Assembly (NCBI GenBank): GCA_964406105.1
Contig: CAYOQK010000021.1
Span: 38,665-102,664, forward strand
From: an uncultured bacterium
Lineage (GTDB): Bacteria; Hydrothermota; Hydrothermia; WGAB01
DNA length: 64,000 bases
Direction: 5' to 3'
Shown here one piece after another: positions 19,437 through 29,861 of this stretch (positions are counted from its first letter, which is position 1; every line of letters starts with the position of its first letter). The notes under the pieces were generated by a model that saw nothing but the letters and a program-made list of their open reading frames with translations, did no database searches and was not told where the DNA came from. A program made the position numbers and the translations under genes.

Positions 19437-20222
19437 TTAGGTGAGGTTCTCTCCGCCGTCCACGTTGATCACGTTGCCCGTCACCCAATACAGGTCTTCG
19501 GATACCAGGGCCGCCAGTGCCCGGGCCACATCCTCGGGGGTGGTGAGCCGACCGCTGGGGTTCCGGGCCAGGGCCTCCTGCTTGAGGTGCTCGTGGCCTG
19601 GAATCTTCCGCAGTGCAGGGGTATCGGTGACCCCTGCCCGCAGTGCGTTCACGGTGATCCCCTTGGGGGCCAGTTCCAAGGCCAACTGCCGCACGTGGCT
19701 CTCCAGGGCTGCCTTGGCTGCGGAGACGGCTCCGTAATAGGGGAACACCCGTTGGCTCCCAGAGCTGGTCATGGCGAAGATGCGGCCCCCTCGTTTCATC
19801 AACTTGCGGTGGATCAACTCCTGGGTCCAGTACACCAGCGTGTGGGCCATCACGTCCAGGGTCATGTTCATCTGTTGAGGGGTGATTTGCTCTTCTGGGT
19901 TGTCGGCGATAAAGAGCCGGAGGGTGCCGAAGGCCAGGGAGTGCACCAGCACGCGCACGGTGGCCCCAGGTTCTGCTTTGAGGCGTTTTTCTATGTCTTC
20001 CATCACCCGTTTGCGTTTCTTGGGGTCCGCTGCGTTCACGTTGAAAAACACGGCATCGCGGCCGGTGCGTTCAATCTCTCGGATCAAGGCCTCCACCTGG
20101 GGCAGGGTCGCCCGCCGGTCCAGATGGACGCCAAAGATGTGGAATCCCCGGCGCGCCAACTCCCGAGCGATGGCTGCGCCGAAGCCACTGGACGCTCCCA
20201 GGATCAGTGCCCATTCCTTCAT
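19437..20222 (-). CDS. fabL: SDR-family enoyl-ACP reductase, FabL-like
   Basis: LILGASSGFG, YGAVSAAKAALE, VNALRAGVTDTPAL, VTGNVINVDGG. Confidence 0.8.
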   Translation of the reverse strand: MKEWALILGASSGFGAAIARELARRGFHIFGVHLDRRATLPQVEALIREIERTGRDAVFFNVNAADPKKRKRVMEDIEKRLKAEPGATVRVLVHSLAFGTLRLFIADNPEEQITPQQMNMTLDVMAHTLVYWTQELIHRKLMKRGGRIFAMTSSGSQRVFPYYGAVSAAKAALESHVRQLALELAPKGITVNALRAGVTDTPALRKIPGHEHLKQEALARNPSGRLTTPEDVARALAALVSEDLYWVTGNVINVDGGENLT

Positions 20223-20228
20223 GCCCCC

Positions 20229-20257
20229 ATTGTAATCGTAGCCTCAACGCTTCTCAA
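20229..20257 (-). promoter_or_regulatory. sigma70 promoter placed for leaderless fabL mRNA
   Basis: TTGAGA-17-TACAAT-6 nt-ATG, no SD. Confidence 0.8.
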
Positions 20258-20371
20258 CAGGCCCTAAGGGTTGGGCTTCCGAAGCTTTGCGGGGAACTTG
20301 CCCCAGGGGTTCCGTTTTCGGGATACTGGCTGGTGAAGGAAAACGGGATGCTGCGAGAGGATAAACGAAAG

Positions 20372-20445
20372 TGCCGGCGGAGGGACTCGAACCCCCGACA
20401 CGCGGATTATGATTCCGCTGCTCTAGCCAACTGAGCTACGCCGGC
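20372..20445 (-). tRNA. tRNA-Met (CAT), elongator-type, CCA not encoded
   Basis: GCCGGCG/CGCCGGC acceptor with paired 1-72, TAGCTCAG D-arm, GCGGA-ATCATAA-TCCGC anticodon arm, GGTTCGAGTCC T-arm. Confidence 0.95.
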
Positions 20446-20457
20446 ACAGGCCCTTTT

Positions 20458-20486
20458 ATTCTACGCACTCGGCCGGAGGCCCGCAA
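20458..20486 (-). promoter_or_regulatory. sigma70 promoter of tRNA-Met
   Basis: TTGCGG-17-TAGAAT just upstream of the tRNA. Confidence 0.7.
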
Positions 20487-20500
20487 GGGATCCTCCGGTG

Positions 20501-23500
20501 TTACGGGGCAAGGCGGGGTGGTGCCCGTCGCGAGCCCTGCATCACCTGTTGGGCCAAGGCTGCCAGGTCGCGATCGTCCACCTGGCCATCCTGGTTGACG
20601 TCGGCCCGGTCCAGGGGTTGGGGAGCAGGGTGTTTGTAGTAGAGATAGCCGGCCAGTGCCGCGATGTCCTCGGCGTCCACATCGCCATCAGCATCCACAT
20701 CGCCCCGGATCCAAACCCAACCGAACTCCGGGGCTGTGAGCCAAGGCCGATAGGCCACGTAGTCGCTCACCGGATCGCCTTGGCCCGAGGGGTTGTAGTC
20801 CGGGGGGCCGGTGGAGGGGTCATAGGGGCCCGAGGCATGGCCCCAGAAGTTGTATGTGGCCTGAACGTTCAGGGACGTGGCTGTACTGTTTACCCCCTGG
20901 GTATTGCCGAAGAAATCGCACTTCCGGATCACCGGGGGCTGGCCGCTCAGGTACACGCCGCCCACCAACACCGCGGTGCCGTTCCACAGGAATCGGCAGG
21001 AGTCAACCTTGGGTGCAGCGTTCGTAATGTACAAGGCCGTTTGGTTGTGGCGGAAGGTGGTGGCCTTCACCTGGAGATCCACATCTTCGCCCGAGGCCGC
21101 CAAAGCGCCGGAGCTGGAAGCACCGGTCAGCACCGCGTACTGGATGCGTGCATAGGCAGAGCCGAAGAGGGAGATTTGGCTCCAGGTGGTGCTGTCGGTG
21201 TCGCCGCTGAACACCACGCTATCGGCCGGAAGCCCCCATACCTGTAGGGTGCCCCGCACCGTGATGCTGGCGTTTTCCACGAGCCGGATCTTGGGAGAGC
21301 GGTCGGCCGTTAGGGCGTGTTGGATCACTAAGGCGCCGTCGCTTGCCACCGATACCGGGCCCGAGATCAAATAGTCGGCTCCCACGGGCCACCATTCCTT
21401 GTGTTGGTCGGTGGACGAGGAAAGAACCCGGATCACAGCGTGTTCGTTGGCCGAGAGGTCCACCCAGGAGTAGCGGGTAAGGTCAGAGGCCATATCCACG
21501 GCCAAGGGCCAGGTGTTGTGTTCAAAGGTGCACTGGCTCACCCGTGTGCTGGGGCTTTGGTGCAGGGCCAAGGCCCCCTCGCTTTGGCCACTGTAGCGGA
21601 ACACTTGGTTCCGGACCTCCAAATAGGGCATCTGCTGGGCATATACGCCCCAATCGTTGAACTCAAACACGTTGGGCAGGGTTAGGTCGTAGCCGGAGAG
21701 GCCCGAGAGCTTCAGGGCGTATCGGTTGTGCCGGAAGTGGCACTGGTCCAGGACCACCCCGGGGTCCTCCACCTGGAGCGCCGGGTTGTAGGGATTGCGG
21801 TTGTATTCAAAACGACAATAGCGGAACACCCCTGGCGCTGTGGCCCGAAGCTGGTTCCAGCCCTTGGCCGTGTCGGAGGCGGTGAATACGATGGTGTCGC
21901 TGACCGTGCCCTCTATGGTGAAGCTGTCGGATAGGGTGATGCTGGCCAGAGAATCCAGAAATACCACCACGCCAGGGTCCAGGGTGAGCGGGTGGTTGAA
22001 GGTGATCGGACCTGTAACCTGGTATGGCTGATTGAGGTGGTGCCAAACCACGGCGGTGTCGGTGGTCCCAGTGTACACCTGGATCCGGTTTCGGTGGGAG
22101 GGGGCAATGAAACTGCTGGCCTCCAGTTGGCAGTCCGGGGACATGGACAAGAACCACTCGTTGTCCACAGAGATGTTGTCCCCGAGCCAGAGCCTCCGGG
22201 TTTCCTCAAACCGCAGGGCTCCGTAAGTAGAATCCGCGGTGTGGTGTTCAAAGCGTTGGAACCGAAGGGCGATGGAATCGCACTCCCGGCCCCAGATGCC
22301 GGCCTGTTTGTTATAGGCAAAGGTGTTCCAATAGCCCAAGGCCAGGTTCTTCACCTTGTACAGGTACAGGCCACAGGTGTTGTGTTCAAAGCGGGTGTGG
22401 CTCACCTGGACCTCTGGAGAGCGGTACAGGTACAGGGCCCCGCCAAACCCTGGGCTATGGGTATGGGAGATCCGGGCATACCGGAGCTCCAGGTGGCCGT
22501 TGGAGTAGATCCGAAGACCGCCCCACAGGGTATCGGGCATTGCGTCCAGCACGATGGAGTCCGCCTCCGTGCCCAGAGCCTGTAGGTGTCCATACACCGT
22601 GAGCACGGTGCCGAACGAGGCCACCCGCAGGGTGACGCCGGGGCTCACCCGGACGAAACCGTAGATATGGGGTACCGACTGAACCGTGGTAAGGTGGTAC
22701 TCTACGCCCAGGGCATAGAGGGCCACGGTGTCGGTGTTCCTGCCAGATACCTGCACCGCGTTGTAGAGGTTGTCCTCCAGGATCAGGGTGCTGGTGGAGT
22801 CCAGGTAGGAGTTGAAGTCCATGGCCACAGGGTACCGGTTTCGTCGGAACTCGCAGGCCTCCACGTGCACCTGAGGAGAGGCGTTCAGGTAGAGCCCCCC
22901 GTACTGTGCGTCCATGTGGTCTTCAAAGGTTTGGTGAGCGATCCAACTGTTGGGGGAATCGTTTAAACGAAGGCCAGCCCAGACGTGGTTCGTGAAGAGG
23001 TTGGGCGTGGCCAGGGTACAGTGGGGTGAGGATTCAATCTCCAGGCCAAAGGTGTTGTCGTGGAACCAACAGTGTTCCACAGGCACCCGGGGTGACTGGT
23101 TCAGGGTGAGGGCGCCCTGGATCAAACTCCGAACCCCGGAGAACTCGCAGTAGCGAAAGGCACTGGCCGGCAAGGAGTCGGCGAAGCTCACCCAAACCCC
23201 ATGCCAGCCAGAGTCTGGGTAGAGGGCAGCGAAGCGGATGGTGTCGGTGACGGTGCCCACCGCGTACAGCCCCGCGTTGGGGTTCCCTTGGACATACACG
23301 GGCAGGGAAACCAACGGGGCGAAGAGCAGGGTGACACCTGGTTCCACGTCCAGCCGGCCGTCCACCCGGGGGGATTGGAAACATCGGCTCAACACGTAAG
23401 GAATGCCCAGGGAGTAAAAGGTGCGGGTGCTGTCGTTGGGCAGGATGCCGCTCACCTGGATGGCATCGTGGCGATTGGCCGAAGCAGGGAACTGGCTGCT

Positions 23501-24973
23501 TGGAGTCAATTGGGAAATCATGTCCTGGGTAAGGGTCCAGGAGTTGCTGTCGCCCACGCACTGGCGCACTTCTACGGGATACGACTCCCGCAGCACGATG
23601 GCTCCCCACTCCGACCGGTGATCCCGAAGGGTTTGGTTTGCGAGGGTGATGGAGTGGCTCTCCTCTATCCAGATGCCCGCACACCGGTTCCGTTCCCACA
23701 GGTTGGGCTGGGTGATCTGGAACCCCTCCACCTGGTGGATCCGGATCCCGTAGAAACTGTGGCGGAAGGCACAGTGCTCCAGGGACACCGAGGGGTTTGA
23801 GAAGCCCTTGAGGACCACGGCAGCAGCGCTGTCCAGGTTTGCGTATTCCACCACGGTGTACTGCATTCTGCCGTCGTCCAATTCCAAACCCTGCCAGGGG
23901 TGGGTGGTGTCTAAGGCGGTAAACCGCACGGAGTCCGACGGTGTGCCCCAGGCGTAGATGTTCTGGACTTCCACCTTTAAAGACTCTGCCACCATCACCG
24001 TAACCCCGGGCCCCAGAGCCAGCCGCAGGTATCGGTACTGGGGATACAGCCGACCGGTAAAGGCATAGGGCACCCCAAAGTCGGTTAGGGAGTCCATTCG
24101 GTAGGAGGAGGAAGACCCCACCACCTGGATCACGTTCTGTTGGTTGCCCTCGGCGGGTACCCAGGTATCCTCGTCCAGCTGGAGGCCATGGGTGATGGTC
24201 ATGGGATAGGAGCAGTTGTGGATCTCATTGGTGTTGGTGAACCGCACCCATTGGTTGTCCTTCAGGTACACAGCCCCCAAGGAATGGGTGATGTTTTGGA
24301 ACTGGTTGGCATATACCCGTGCGCTGTCGCAGTTCCAGAGTTCTAAACTCGGGGTGGAACTGAGGTTTTGAAAAGTGCAGCCGGTGATCCATGCCTGTTG
24401 CGCTTGGTAAACCCTGAGGCCACCCCCGCCAAGGAAATGGCAATCATGCACCCACGCAGTATCCCCCTGGGAGATCACAGCACCGGCGGAGTTGTTTCGG
24501 AATACGCACTGCTGCAGTTGGACGTGGTTGAGGGCAAGGAGATGGGCGTTCCCTTCAAACACACAGTAAGAGAACCGGCTCAGGTACTTTTGGGTGTAAA
24601 TCCCTGGGTTCAGGTTAATGTTCCTCCAGGAGGCGCCGTTGTAGCCGCGGAAGTAGATGGAATCCGTGGCAGTGCCCTCGGCCACGATCCGCACCAGGGA
24701 GTCGTGCACGGTGCTGAGGCCGATGTAGGCATCGGCCTCCAGTTCAATCACACAGCCAGGCTCAATTTCCAAAAGGGCGTTCCCCTCCAGGAGCACATAG
24801 CCTACGATGCGATGGGGATTCCCGGAGGGGCTCCACACCACGTGGCTTGAAATCACCTCGTGGTCGTGGAGGGTTTCAGCAGTGAGCATCAGGGGAATGA
24901 GCCAGAGGACCAGGCTCCACCCCCACCAGCATCGGGCGCGCCGGGCGCCGGGCTTGCCAATACCCCTTCCCAT
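20501..24973 (-). CDS. Secreted right-handed beta-helix repeat protein with C-terminal dockerin-type domain
   Basis: Strong SD AAAGGAGGT and signal peptide. Six repeats of PGV..GTxxDxIxF..W plus C.F..N beta-helix rungs. Duplicated GDVDADGDVDAED / ADVNQDGQVDDRD motif at the end. Confidence 0.82.
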   Translation of the reverse strand: MGRGIGKPGARRARCWWGWSLVLWLIPLMLTAETLHDHEVISSHVVWSPSGNPHRIVGYVLLEGNALLEIEPGCVIELEADAYIGLSTVHDSLVRIVAEGTATDSIYFRGYNGASWRNINLNPGIYTQKYLSRFSYCVFEGNAHLLALNHVQLQQCVFRNNSAGAVISQGDTAWVHDCHFLGGGGLRVYQAQQAWITGCTFQNLSSTPSLELWNCDSARVYANQFQNITHSLGAVYLKDNQWVRFTNTNEIHNCSYPMTITHGLQLDEDTWVPAEGNQQNVIQVVGSSSSYRMDSLTDFGVPYAFTGRLYPQYRYLRLALGPGVTVMVAESLKVEVQNIYAWGTPSDSVRFTALDTTHPWQGLELDDGRMQYTVVEYANLDSAAAVVLKGFSNPSVSLEHCAFRHSFYGIRIHQVEGFQITQPNLWERNRCAGIWIEESHSITLANQTLRDHRSEWGAIVLRESYPVEVRQCVGDSNSWTLTQDMISQLTPSSQFPASANRHDAIQVSGILPNDSTRTFYSLGIPYVLSRCFQSPRVDGRLDVEPGVTLLFAPLVSLPVYVQGNPNAGLYAVGTVTDTIRFAALYPDSGWHGVWVSFADSLPASAFRYCEFSGVRSLIQGALTLNQSPRVPVEHCWFHDNTFGLEIESSPHCTLATPNLFTNHVWAGLRLNDSPNSWIAHQTFEDHMDAQYGGLYLNASPQVHVEACEFRRNRYPVAMDFNSYLDSTSTLILEDNLYNAVQVSGRNTDTVALYALGVEYHLTTVQSVPHIYGFVRVSPGVTLRVASFGTVLTVYGHLQALGTEADSIVLDAMPDTLWGGLRIYSNGHLELRYARISHTHSPGFGGALYLYRSPEVQVSHTRFEHNTCGLYLYKVKNLALGYWNTFAYNKQAGIWGRECDSIALRFQRFEHHTADSTYGALRFEETRRLWLGDNISVDNEWFLSMSPDCQLEASSFIAPSHRNRIQVYTGTTDTAVVWHHLNQPYQVTGPITFNHPLTLDPGVVVFLDSLASITLSDSFTIEGTVSDTIVFTASDTAKGWNQLRATAPGVFRYCRFEYNRNPYNPALQVEDPGVVLDQCHFRHNRYALKLSGLSGYDLTLPNVFEFNDWGVYAQQMPYLEVRNQVFRYSGQSEGALALHQSPSTRVSQCTFEHNTWPLAVDMASDLTRYSWVDLSANEHAVIRVLSSSTDQHKEWWPVGADYLISGPVSVASDGALVIQHALTADRSPKIRLVENASITVRGTLQVWGLPADSVVFSGDTDSTTWSQISLFGSAYARIQYAVLTGASSSGALAASGEDVDLQVKATTFRHNQTALYITNAAPKVDSCRFLWNGTAVLVGGVYLSGQPPVIRKCDFFGNTQGVNSTATSLNVQATYNFWGHASGPYDPSTGPPDYNPSGQGDPVSDYVAYRPWLTAPEFGWVWIRGDVDADGDVDAEDIAALAGYLYYKHPAPQPLDRADVNQDGQVDDRDLAALAQQVMQGSRRAPPRLAP

Positions 24974-25116
24974 GATCCACCTCCTTTAACCTCTGGGGAA
25001 CGCTCCCGGCGCTTTTGTTCCGGAAACCTTCCCTCGTCGGTATAGATAACCTGGAATGCCGCAGACGTCAAGCGCTGAGCCAGGTGCCAGGCCCGGGACC
25101 GTATCATACTTATGCC

Positions 25117-26862
25117 ATGACCAAGAACAAGGAACTGGCCCGCATCTTTGATCGGATGGCCGATGCCCTGGAGTTTTTGGGCGAGATCCCCTTTAAGGTG
25201 GTGGCCTATCGCAAAGCCGCCCGGGTGCTGGAGGATCTTCCCGAGGATGTGGAAGAGATTTACCGCCAAGGCGGCATGGCTGCCCTGATGCGTTTACCCG
25301 GTATCGGCGAAGGGATCGCCAAGAAGATCGCCCAGTATCTGGACGAGGGCCGTATTGACCGATACGAAGAGGTCATGCGGCAGGTACCCCAGGACCTCCT
25401 GGACCTGATGGAAGTGCAGGGCATTGGCCCCCGAACCCTGCGGCTGGCCTATGAAAAACTCGGGGTCCGCACCAAGGAGGACTTCAAACGAGCCCTGGAA
25501 GACGGCTCCCTGGCCCGCTTGCCCGGCATGGGCCCCAAAAAGATTGAGAACATCAAGCGGGGCTTGGAACTCTACGAACGGATGGCCCAGCGGATCCCCC
25601 TGGGAGCCGCCTACCCCTTGGTCCAAGACATCGTGGAAGCCCTGCGAGCCCTGCCGGAGGTGCTGGAGATCTCACCGGCCGGGTCCTTCCGCCGGATGAA
25701 GGAAACCGTGGGAGACCTGGACATCCTGGTGGCCGCCCGGCCGGAACACGGCCGGCAGGTGATCCAGGCCTTCGTTTCCCTACCCCAGGTTACCCAGGTG
25801 TTGGCTGCTGGGGATACCAAGGGATCCGCCATCTTTCAGGATCGGTACCAGGTAGACCTGCGGGTGGTTCCACCGGAGTCCTACGGGGCGGCCCTCCAGT
25901 ACTTTACCGGCTCTAAGGCCCACAACGTTCACCTGCGGGGCATCGCCCGGGGCATGGGGCTGAAGATCTCGGAGTACGGAGTGTTCCGGGGGCCCGAGAA
26001 GATCGCCGGCGAAACTGAGGAGAGTGTGTACCGGGCGGTGGGCCTGGTGTGGATTCCACCGGAACTCCGGGAGGATCGGGGCGAGATTGAGGCCGCCCAA
26101 CGTGGCCAATTGCCCCGACTGGTGGAGTACCAGGAGATCCGAGGCGATTTGCATGTGCACTCTCGGTACTCCGACGGCACCGCTACCCTGGAGGAACTCG
26201 CCCACTTCGGCCAACGGATGGGCTATGAGTACCTGGCAGTGTGCGACCACTCCCAGAGCGTCAAATACGCCCGAGGCCTGGAGATTGAACGATTGCGGAA
26301 GAAGAACCAGGAGATTGACCGCTTGAACGCACACCTGCAGGGTTTCCGTCTGCTCAAGGGGACGGAGGTGGACATCCTCCCCGATGGCTCCTTGGACTAC
26401 CCCGACGAGGTTTTGGCAGAACTGGACTTTGTGGTGGCCTCGGTGCACCAGTGGCGGAAGGGCGAAGACGTTACCGAGCGCATCCTGCGCGCGATGGAAA
26501 ACCCCTTTGTGCATGCCATCGGCCACCCCACCGGCCGGTTAATCTCCACCCGTGAAGGCTACCGGGTGGATGTAGAAGCCCTGATCCAAAAGGCCAGGGA
26601 AACCGGCACCTTTTTGGAAATCAACGCCTACTATGAACGGCTGGATCTCAACGACGTGCACGCCCGCTTGGCCGGAGAACAGGGCGTGCTCCTGGTCATC
26701 GGCACCGACGCCCACCAAGCCGGCCAATTGTGGCAGATGCGCCTGGGGGTGGGGGTGGCCCGCCGCGCTTGGCTGGGTCCCCACCACATCGTGAACACCC
26801 GCCCCTTAACCGAACTCCTGGAACTGCTCCAGGCAAAACGCCGAAAACGGGGCATGCGATAA
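25117..26862 (+). CDS. polX: DNA polymerase X family with C-terminal PHP domain
   Basis: LPGIG and VQGIGP HhH motifs, GSFRR, GDLDIL, VDLR, YFTGSKAHN, DLHVHS, HPTGR, GTDAH. Start moved to ATG 25117. Confidence 0.95.
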   Translation: MTKNKELARIFDRMADALEFLGEIPFKVVAYRKAARVLEDLPEDVEEIYRQGGMAALMRLPGIGEGIAKKIAQYLDEGRIDRYEEVMRQVPQDLLDLMEVQGIGPRTLRLAYEKLGVRTKEDFKRALEDGSLARLPGMGPKKIENIKRGLELYERMAQRIPLGAAYPLVQDIVEALRALPEVLEISPAGSFRRMKETVGDLDILVAARPEHGRQVIQAFVSLPQVTQVLAAGDTKGSAIFQDRYQVDLRVVPPESYGAALQYFTGSKAHNVHLRGIARGMGLKISEYGVFRGPEKIAGETEESVYRAVGLVWIPPELREDRGEIEAAQRGQLPRLVEYQEIRGDLHVHSRYSDGTATLEELAHFGQRMGYEYLAVCDHSQSVKYARGLEIERLRKKNQEIDRLNAHLQGFRLLKGTEVDILPDGSLDYPDEVLAELDFVVASVHQWRKGEDVTERILRAMENPFVHAIGHPTGRLISTREGYRVDVEALIQKARETGTFLEINAYYERLDLNDVHARLAGEQGVLLVIGTDAHQAGQLWQMRLGVGVARRAWLGPHHIVNTRPLTELLELLQAKRRKRGMR

Positions 26863-26884
26863 GCCGCGGGCCCGTCTTTTTGTG

Positions 26885-26913
26885 TTGTGTCCCTTGGGGG
26901 CTGTGTCTATAAT
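26885..26913 (+). promoter_or_regulatory. sigma70 promoter of the HAD-lpx operon (leaderless)
   Basis: TTGTGT-17-TATAAT-6 nt-ATG. Confidence 0.8.
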
Positions 26914-26919
26914 CGGGGC

Positions 26920-27618
26920 ATGATCCGGGCGATCGTTTTTGATTTGGACAATACCCTGGTGGATTTCATGCGGATGAAGGAGGCCGGGGTGGAGGCCGCT
27001 GCAGAGGCCATGATTGACGCTGGCCTCAAAATGGACAAGGCCGAGGTCATCCGGCGGATCTACGAGATCTACGATGAGGTGGGCATTGAGGACCAACGGA
27101 TCTTCAACCGTTTCCTGCAGCGGATTTTGGGGTACGAGGATCCCCGAATGCTGGCCGCCGCCATCGTGGCGTACCGACGGGCCAAGGATGCCGCCCTGGT
27201 GCTCTACCCCCATGTCCGCTACACGCTGATGGAACTCTTGAAACGGGGGTACCGGTTGGCTGTGGTCTCCGACGCCCCGAGGCTCCAAGCCTGGACCCGT
27301 CTGGTGCAGGTGGGGCTCCACGATTTCTTTGAGGTGGTGGTGACCTTTGAGGATACCGGCGAACGCAAACCCTCACCGAAACCCTTCCGAGTGACCTTGG
27401 AGAAACTGGGAGTTCCTCCCCAGGAGGCGATGATGGTGGGAGATTGGCCCGAACGCGACATCACCGGGGCTGCCCATCTGGGGATGATCACGGTGTTCGC
27501 CCGCTATGGAGACACCTTCGGCACAGTCAACTCCGGTGCTGACTACGAGATCAACGACATCATTGAACTCCTGGAGATCCTGGACCAAATCAAGGAGACC
27601 CCTCGTGAACGCGGCTGA
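26920..27618 (+). CDS. HAD-superfamily hydrolase (subfamily IA)
   Basis: [33 protein letters not shown]. Confidence 0.92.
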   Translation: MIRAIVFDLDNTLVDFMRMKEAGVEAAAEAMIDAGLKMDKAEVIRRIYEIYDEVGIEDQRIFNRFLQRILGYEDPRMLAAAIVAYRRAKDAALVLYPHVRYTLMELLKRGYRLAVVSDAPRLQAWTRLVQVGLHDFFEVVVTFEDTGERKPSPKPFRVTLEKLGVPPQEAMMVGDWPERDITGAAHLGMITVFARYGDTFGTVNSGADYEINDIIELLEILDQIKETPRERG

Positions 27619-28633
27619 TCTCGCCAGGCTCTTGCAGGCTCCCCTGGAGGGAGATCCTACGGTGGAACTTCGGGGCGTGGCCCTACCCGAGGAGGGGGGA
27701 CCCGATCGGGTGGTGTTCCTGTTCTCGCCCAAAACCCCCCTCAAAACCCCGGTGGGGGCGGTGATCGCTCGGAAACGCCTGCCCATAGAAGGGGTGAGGG
27801 CGTGGATCCTGGTGGAGGATCCTAAGCGGGCGATGGTGTGGGTGCTGCAGCAGTTCCGCCAACCCGACTGGCTGCAGGAGGGCGTACATCCACAGGCTTG
27901 GGTGTCGCCCAAGGCCCACTTGGCCGAAGGCGTGAGCGTAGGGGCCTTCGCTGTGGTGGAAGCCGGTGCGCGCATCGGCCGGAACACGCGCATCGGGCCC
28001 GGGGTGTTCGTTGGACCTGAGGTGGAGATCGGTGAGGATTGCGTCATCTACCCCGGGGTGTACCTGGGCCGCGGAACCCGGATTGGCCACCGAGTGCGCA
28101 TTGAGCCCGGGGCGGTCATTGGCCGTGAGGGCTTTGGCTTTGTGGAGCACCAAGGGCGGTTCGTGCGGATCCCCCAAGTGGGCCGGGTGGTCATTGAGGA
28201 CGACTGCGAGATCGGAGCAAACACCTGCATTGACCGGGCCACAGTGGGTGAAACCCGCATCGGCCAAGGCACCAAGATTGACAACCTGGTGCAGATCGGT
28301 CACAACGTTCGCATCGGTCCCCACACCGTGATCGCGGGGCAAACCGGCATTGCCGGCAGTGTGGAGGTGGGGGAGCGTGTGCTCATGGGAGGGCAGGTGG
28401 GCATTGCGGACCACCTGCGCATTGGCCCTCGGGCGATCCTCACCGCCAAGGCCGGCATCATTTCCGATGTGCCGGAGGGCGCAGTGTATTCCGGCCCCTA
28501 TGCCCGCCCCCGGGGACAGTACCTGCGGGCCATGAGCCTGTTCTTTAAACTTCCAGACCTGGTCCGACGGATCCAGGCCCTGGAAAGGGAAATCCAACGG
28601 CTGAAGAAGCATGAAGGCACACACCCTCGGTAA
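27605..28633 (+). CDS. lpxD: UDP-3-O-acylglucosamine N-acyltransferase
   Basis: Hexapeptide repeats, [40 protein letters not shown]. Confidence 0.96.
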   Translation: MNAADLARLLQAPLEGDPTVELRGVALPEEGGPDRVVFLFSPKTPLKTPVGAVIARKRLPIEGVRAWILVEDPKRAMVWVLQQFRQPDWLQEGVHPQAWVSPKAHLAEGVSVGAFAVVEAGARIGRNTRIGPGVFVGPEVEIGEDCVIYPGVYLGRGTRIGHRVRIEPGAVIGREGFGFVEHQGRFVRIPQVGRVVIEDDCEIGANTCIDRATVGETRIGQGTKIDNLVQIGHNVRIGPHTVIAGQTGIAGSVEVGERVLMGGQVGIADHLRIGPRAILTAKAGIISDVPEGAVYSGPYARPRGQYLRAMSLFFKLPDLVRRIQALEREIQRLKKHEGTHPR

Positions 28634-29861
28634 ATCCCTGGAGTTCGTGGGTAAAGGGGTGCACTCAGGCCAACAGGTGCGGGTGGTCATAGAGCCCCGT
28701 ACCGACCAAGTGGGCTTTTTATTGATCCACGAGCCCTCGGGTTTGCAGTTTGAAGCGACACCCCAGCAGGTGATCACCACCCAGCGGTACACCGGCATCG
28801 GCACACCAGAGGTCCATATCCAGGTGCCTGAGCATGTGCTCTCGGCCCTTTTCGGCATGGGATTTGACGCTGCGATCCTTCGCTTGAGCCATACCGAGCC
28901 TCCTTTTTACGACGGCAGTGCCCTGGAGTATGCCCGGGCCTTGGCCGAGGTGCCCCGGGTGCCCCTGGAGTTTGAGGTGCCCGGGTTTGCTCCGCCCGAT
29001 CCCTTGGAGATTCGCGAGGAGGACGCTTGGGTTACCGTCACCGCCGCTGACCGCTGGGAGGTTTCCTATGCGCTCTCCTACCGCGCTGGGATGCTGCAGG
29101 GTGCCGCCCATTTCCCTGTGACCCCTGAGGTCTATTTGCGAGAGATCGCCCCGGCCCGCACCTATTTGTTTGAGGACGAGGTGGAAACCTTACGGGCTCG
29201 GGGGCTGGCTCAAGGGGGCACCTTGGAGAACGCTGTGGTGTTCCGCAGCGATGGCACTGTGTTGAACCCCGAAGGCCTGCGGTTTCCGGATGAGCCCGTG
29301 CGGCACAAAATCCTGGACTTGATCGGCGATCTCGCCCTGGCGCGGAAGCGACCCCAAGCCCACTTGGTGGTGTGGAAAGGAGGGCACGCCCTCCACCAGG
29401 CCCTGGCTCGCCGGATTGCGGCCTTTGCTCCAGACTTTGACATCCGGAAGGTGCTCCACCACATGCCCCACCGGTACCCCTTTCTGCTGGTGGATCGGGT
29501 GCTCTACCTGGAGGACACGTGGATCCAAGCGGTGAAGAACGTGACCTTCAACGAACCCTTTTTTACGGGTCATTTCCCAGAAAACCCCATCATGCCTGGA
29601 GTGCTCATCGTGGAGGCCCTGGCCCAGGCGGGTGGGTTCCTGTTGCTGCACCGGGTTCCGGATCCCGAAGGCAAACTGCTGGTGTTCGCTGGCCTGGACA
29701 AGGTTCGGTTCCGGCATACCGTTCGGCCAGGGGATCGCCTGTTGCTGGAGGGTGAACTCCTGCGGTTTGGTGGACGCTTGGCCAAACTCCGGGCGGTGGC
29801 CCGGGTGGGGTCGCGGGTGGTGGCGGAGGGCGAGTTCATGGCTTCGGTGGTGGACGCATGA
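28611..29861 (+). CDS. lpxC: Bifunctional LpxC deacetylase / FabZ dehydratase
   Basis: LpxC motifs [25 protein letters not shown], then Fab[34 protein letters not shown]. Confidence 0.95.
   Translation: MKAHTLGKSLEFVGKGVHSGQQVRVVIEPRTDQVGFLLIHEPSGLQFEATPQQVITTQRYTGIGTPEVHIQVPEHVLSALFGMGFDAAILRLSHTEPPFYDGSALEYARALAEVPRVPLEFEVPGFAPPDPLEIREEDAWVTVTAADRWEVSYALSYRAGMLQGAAHFPVTPEVYLREIAPARTYLFEDEVETLRARGLAQGGTLENAVVFRSDGTVLNPEGLRFPDEPVRHKILDLIGDLALARKRPQAHLVVWKGGHALHQALARRIAAFAPDFDIRKVLHHMPHRYPFLLVDRVLYLEDTWIQAVKNVTFNEPFFTGHFPENPIMPGVLIVEALAQAGGFLLLHRVPDPEGKLLVFAGLDKVRFRHTVRPGDRLLLEGELLRFGGRLAKLRAVARVGSRVVAEGEFMASVVDA

Noticed and set aside
19317-20500. tRNA genes as island integration sites
   Set aside because: I saw no duplicated tRNA 3' end, no integrase and no compositional break; flanking genes look native.
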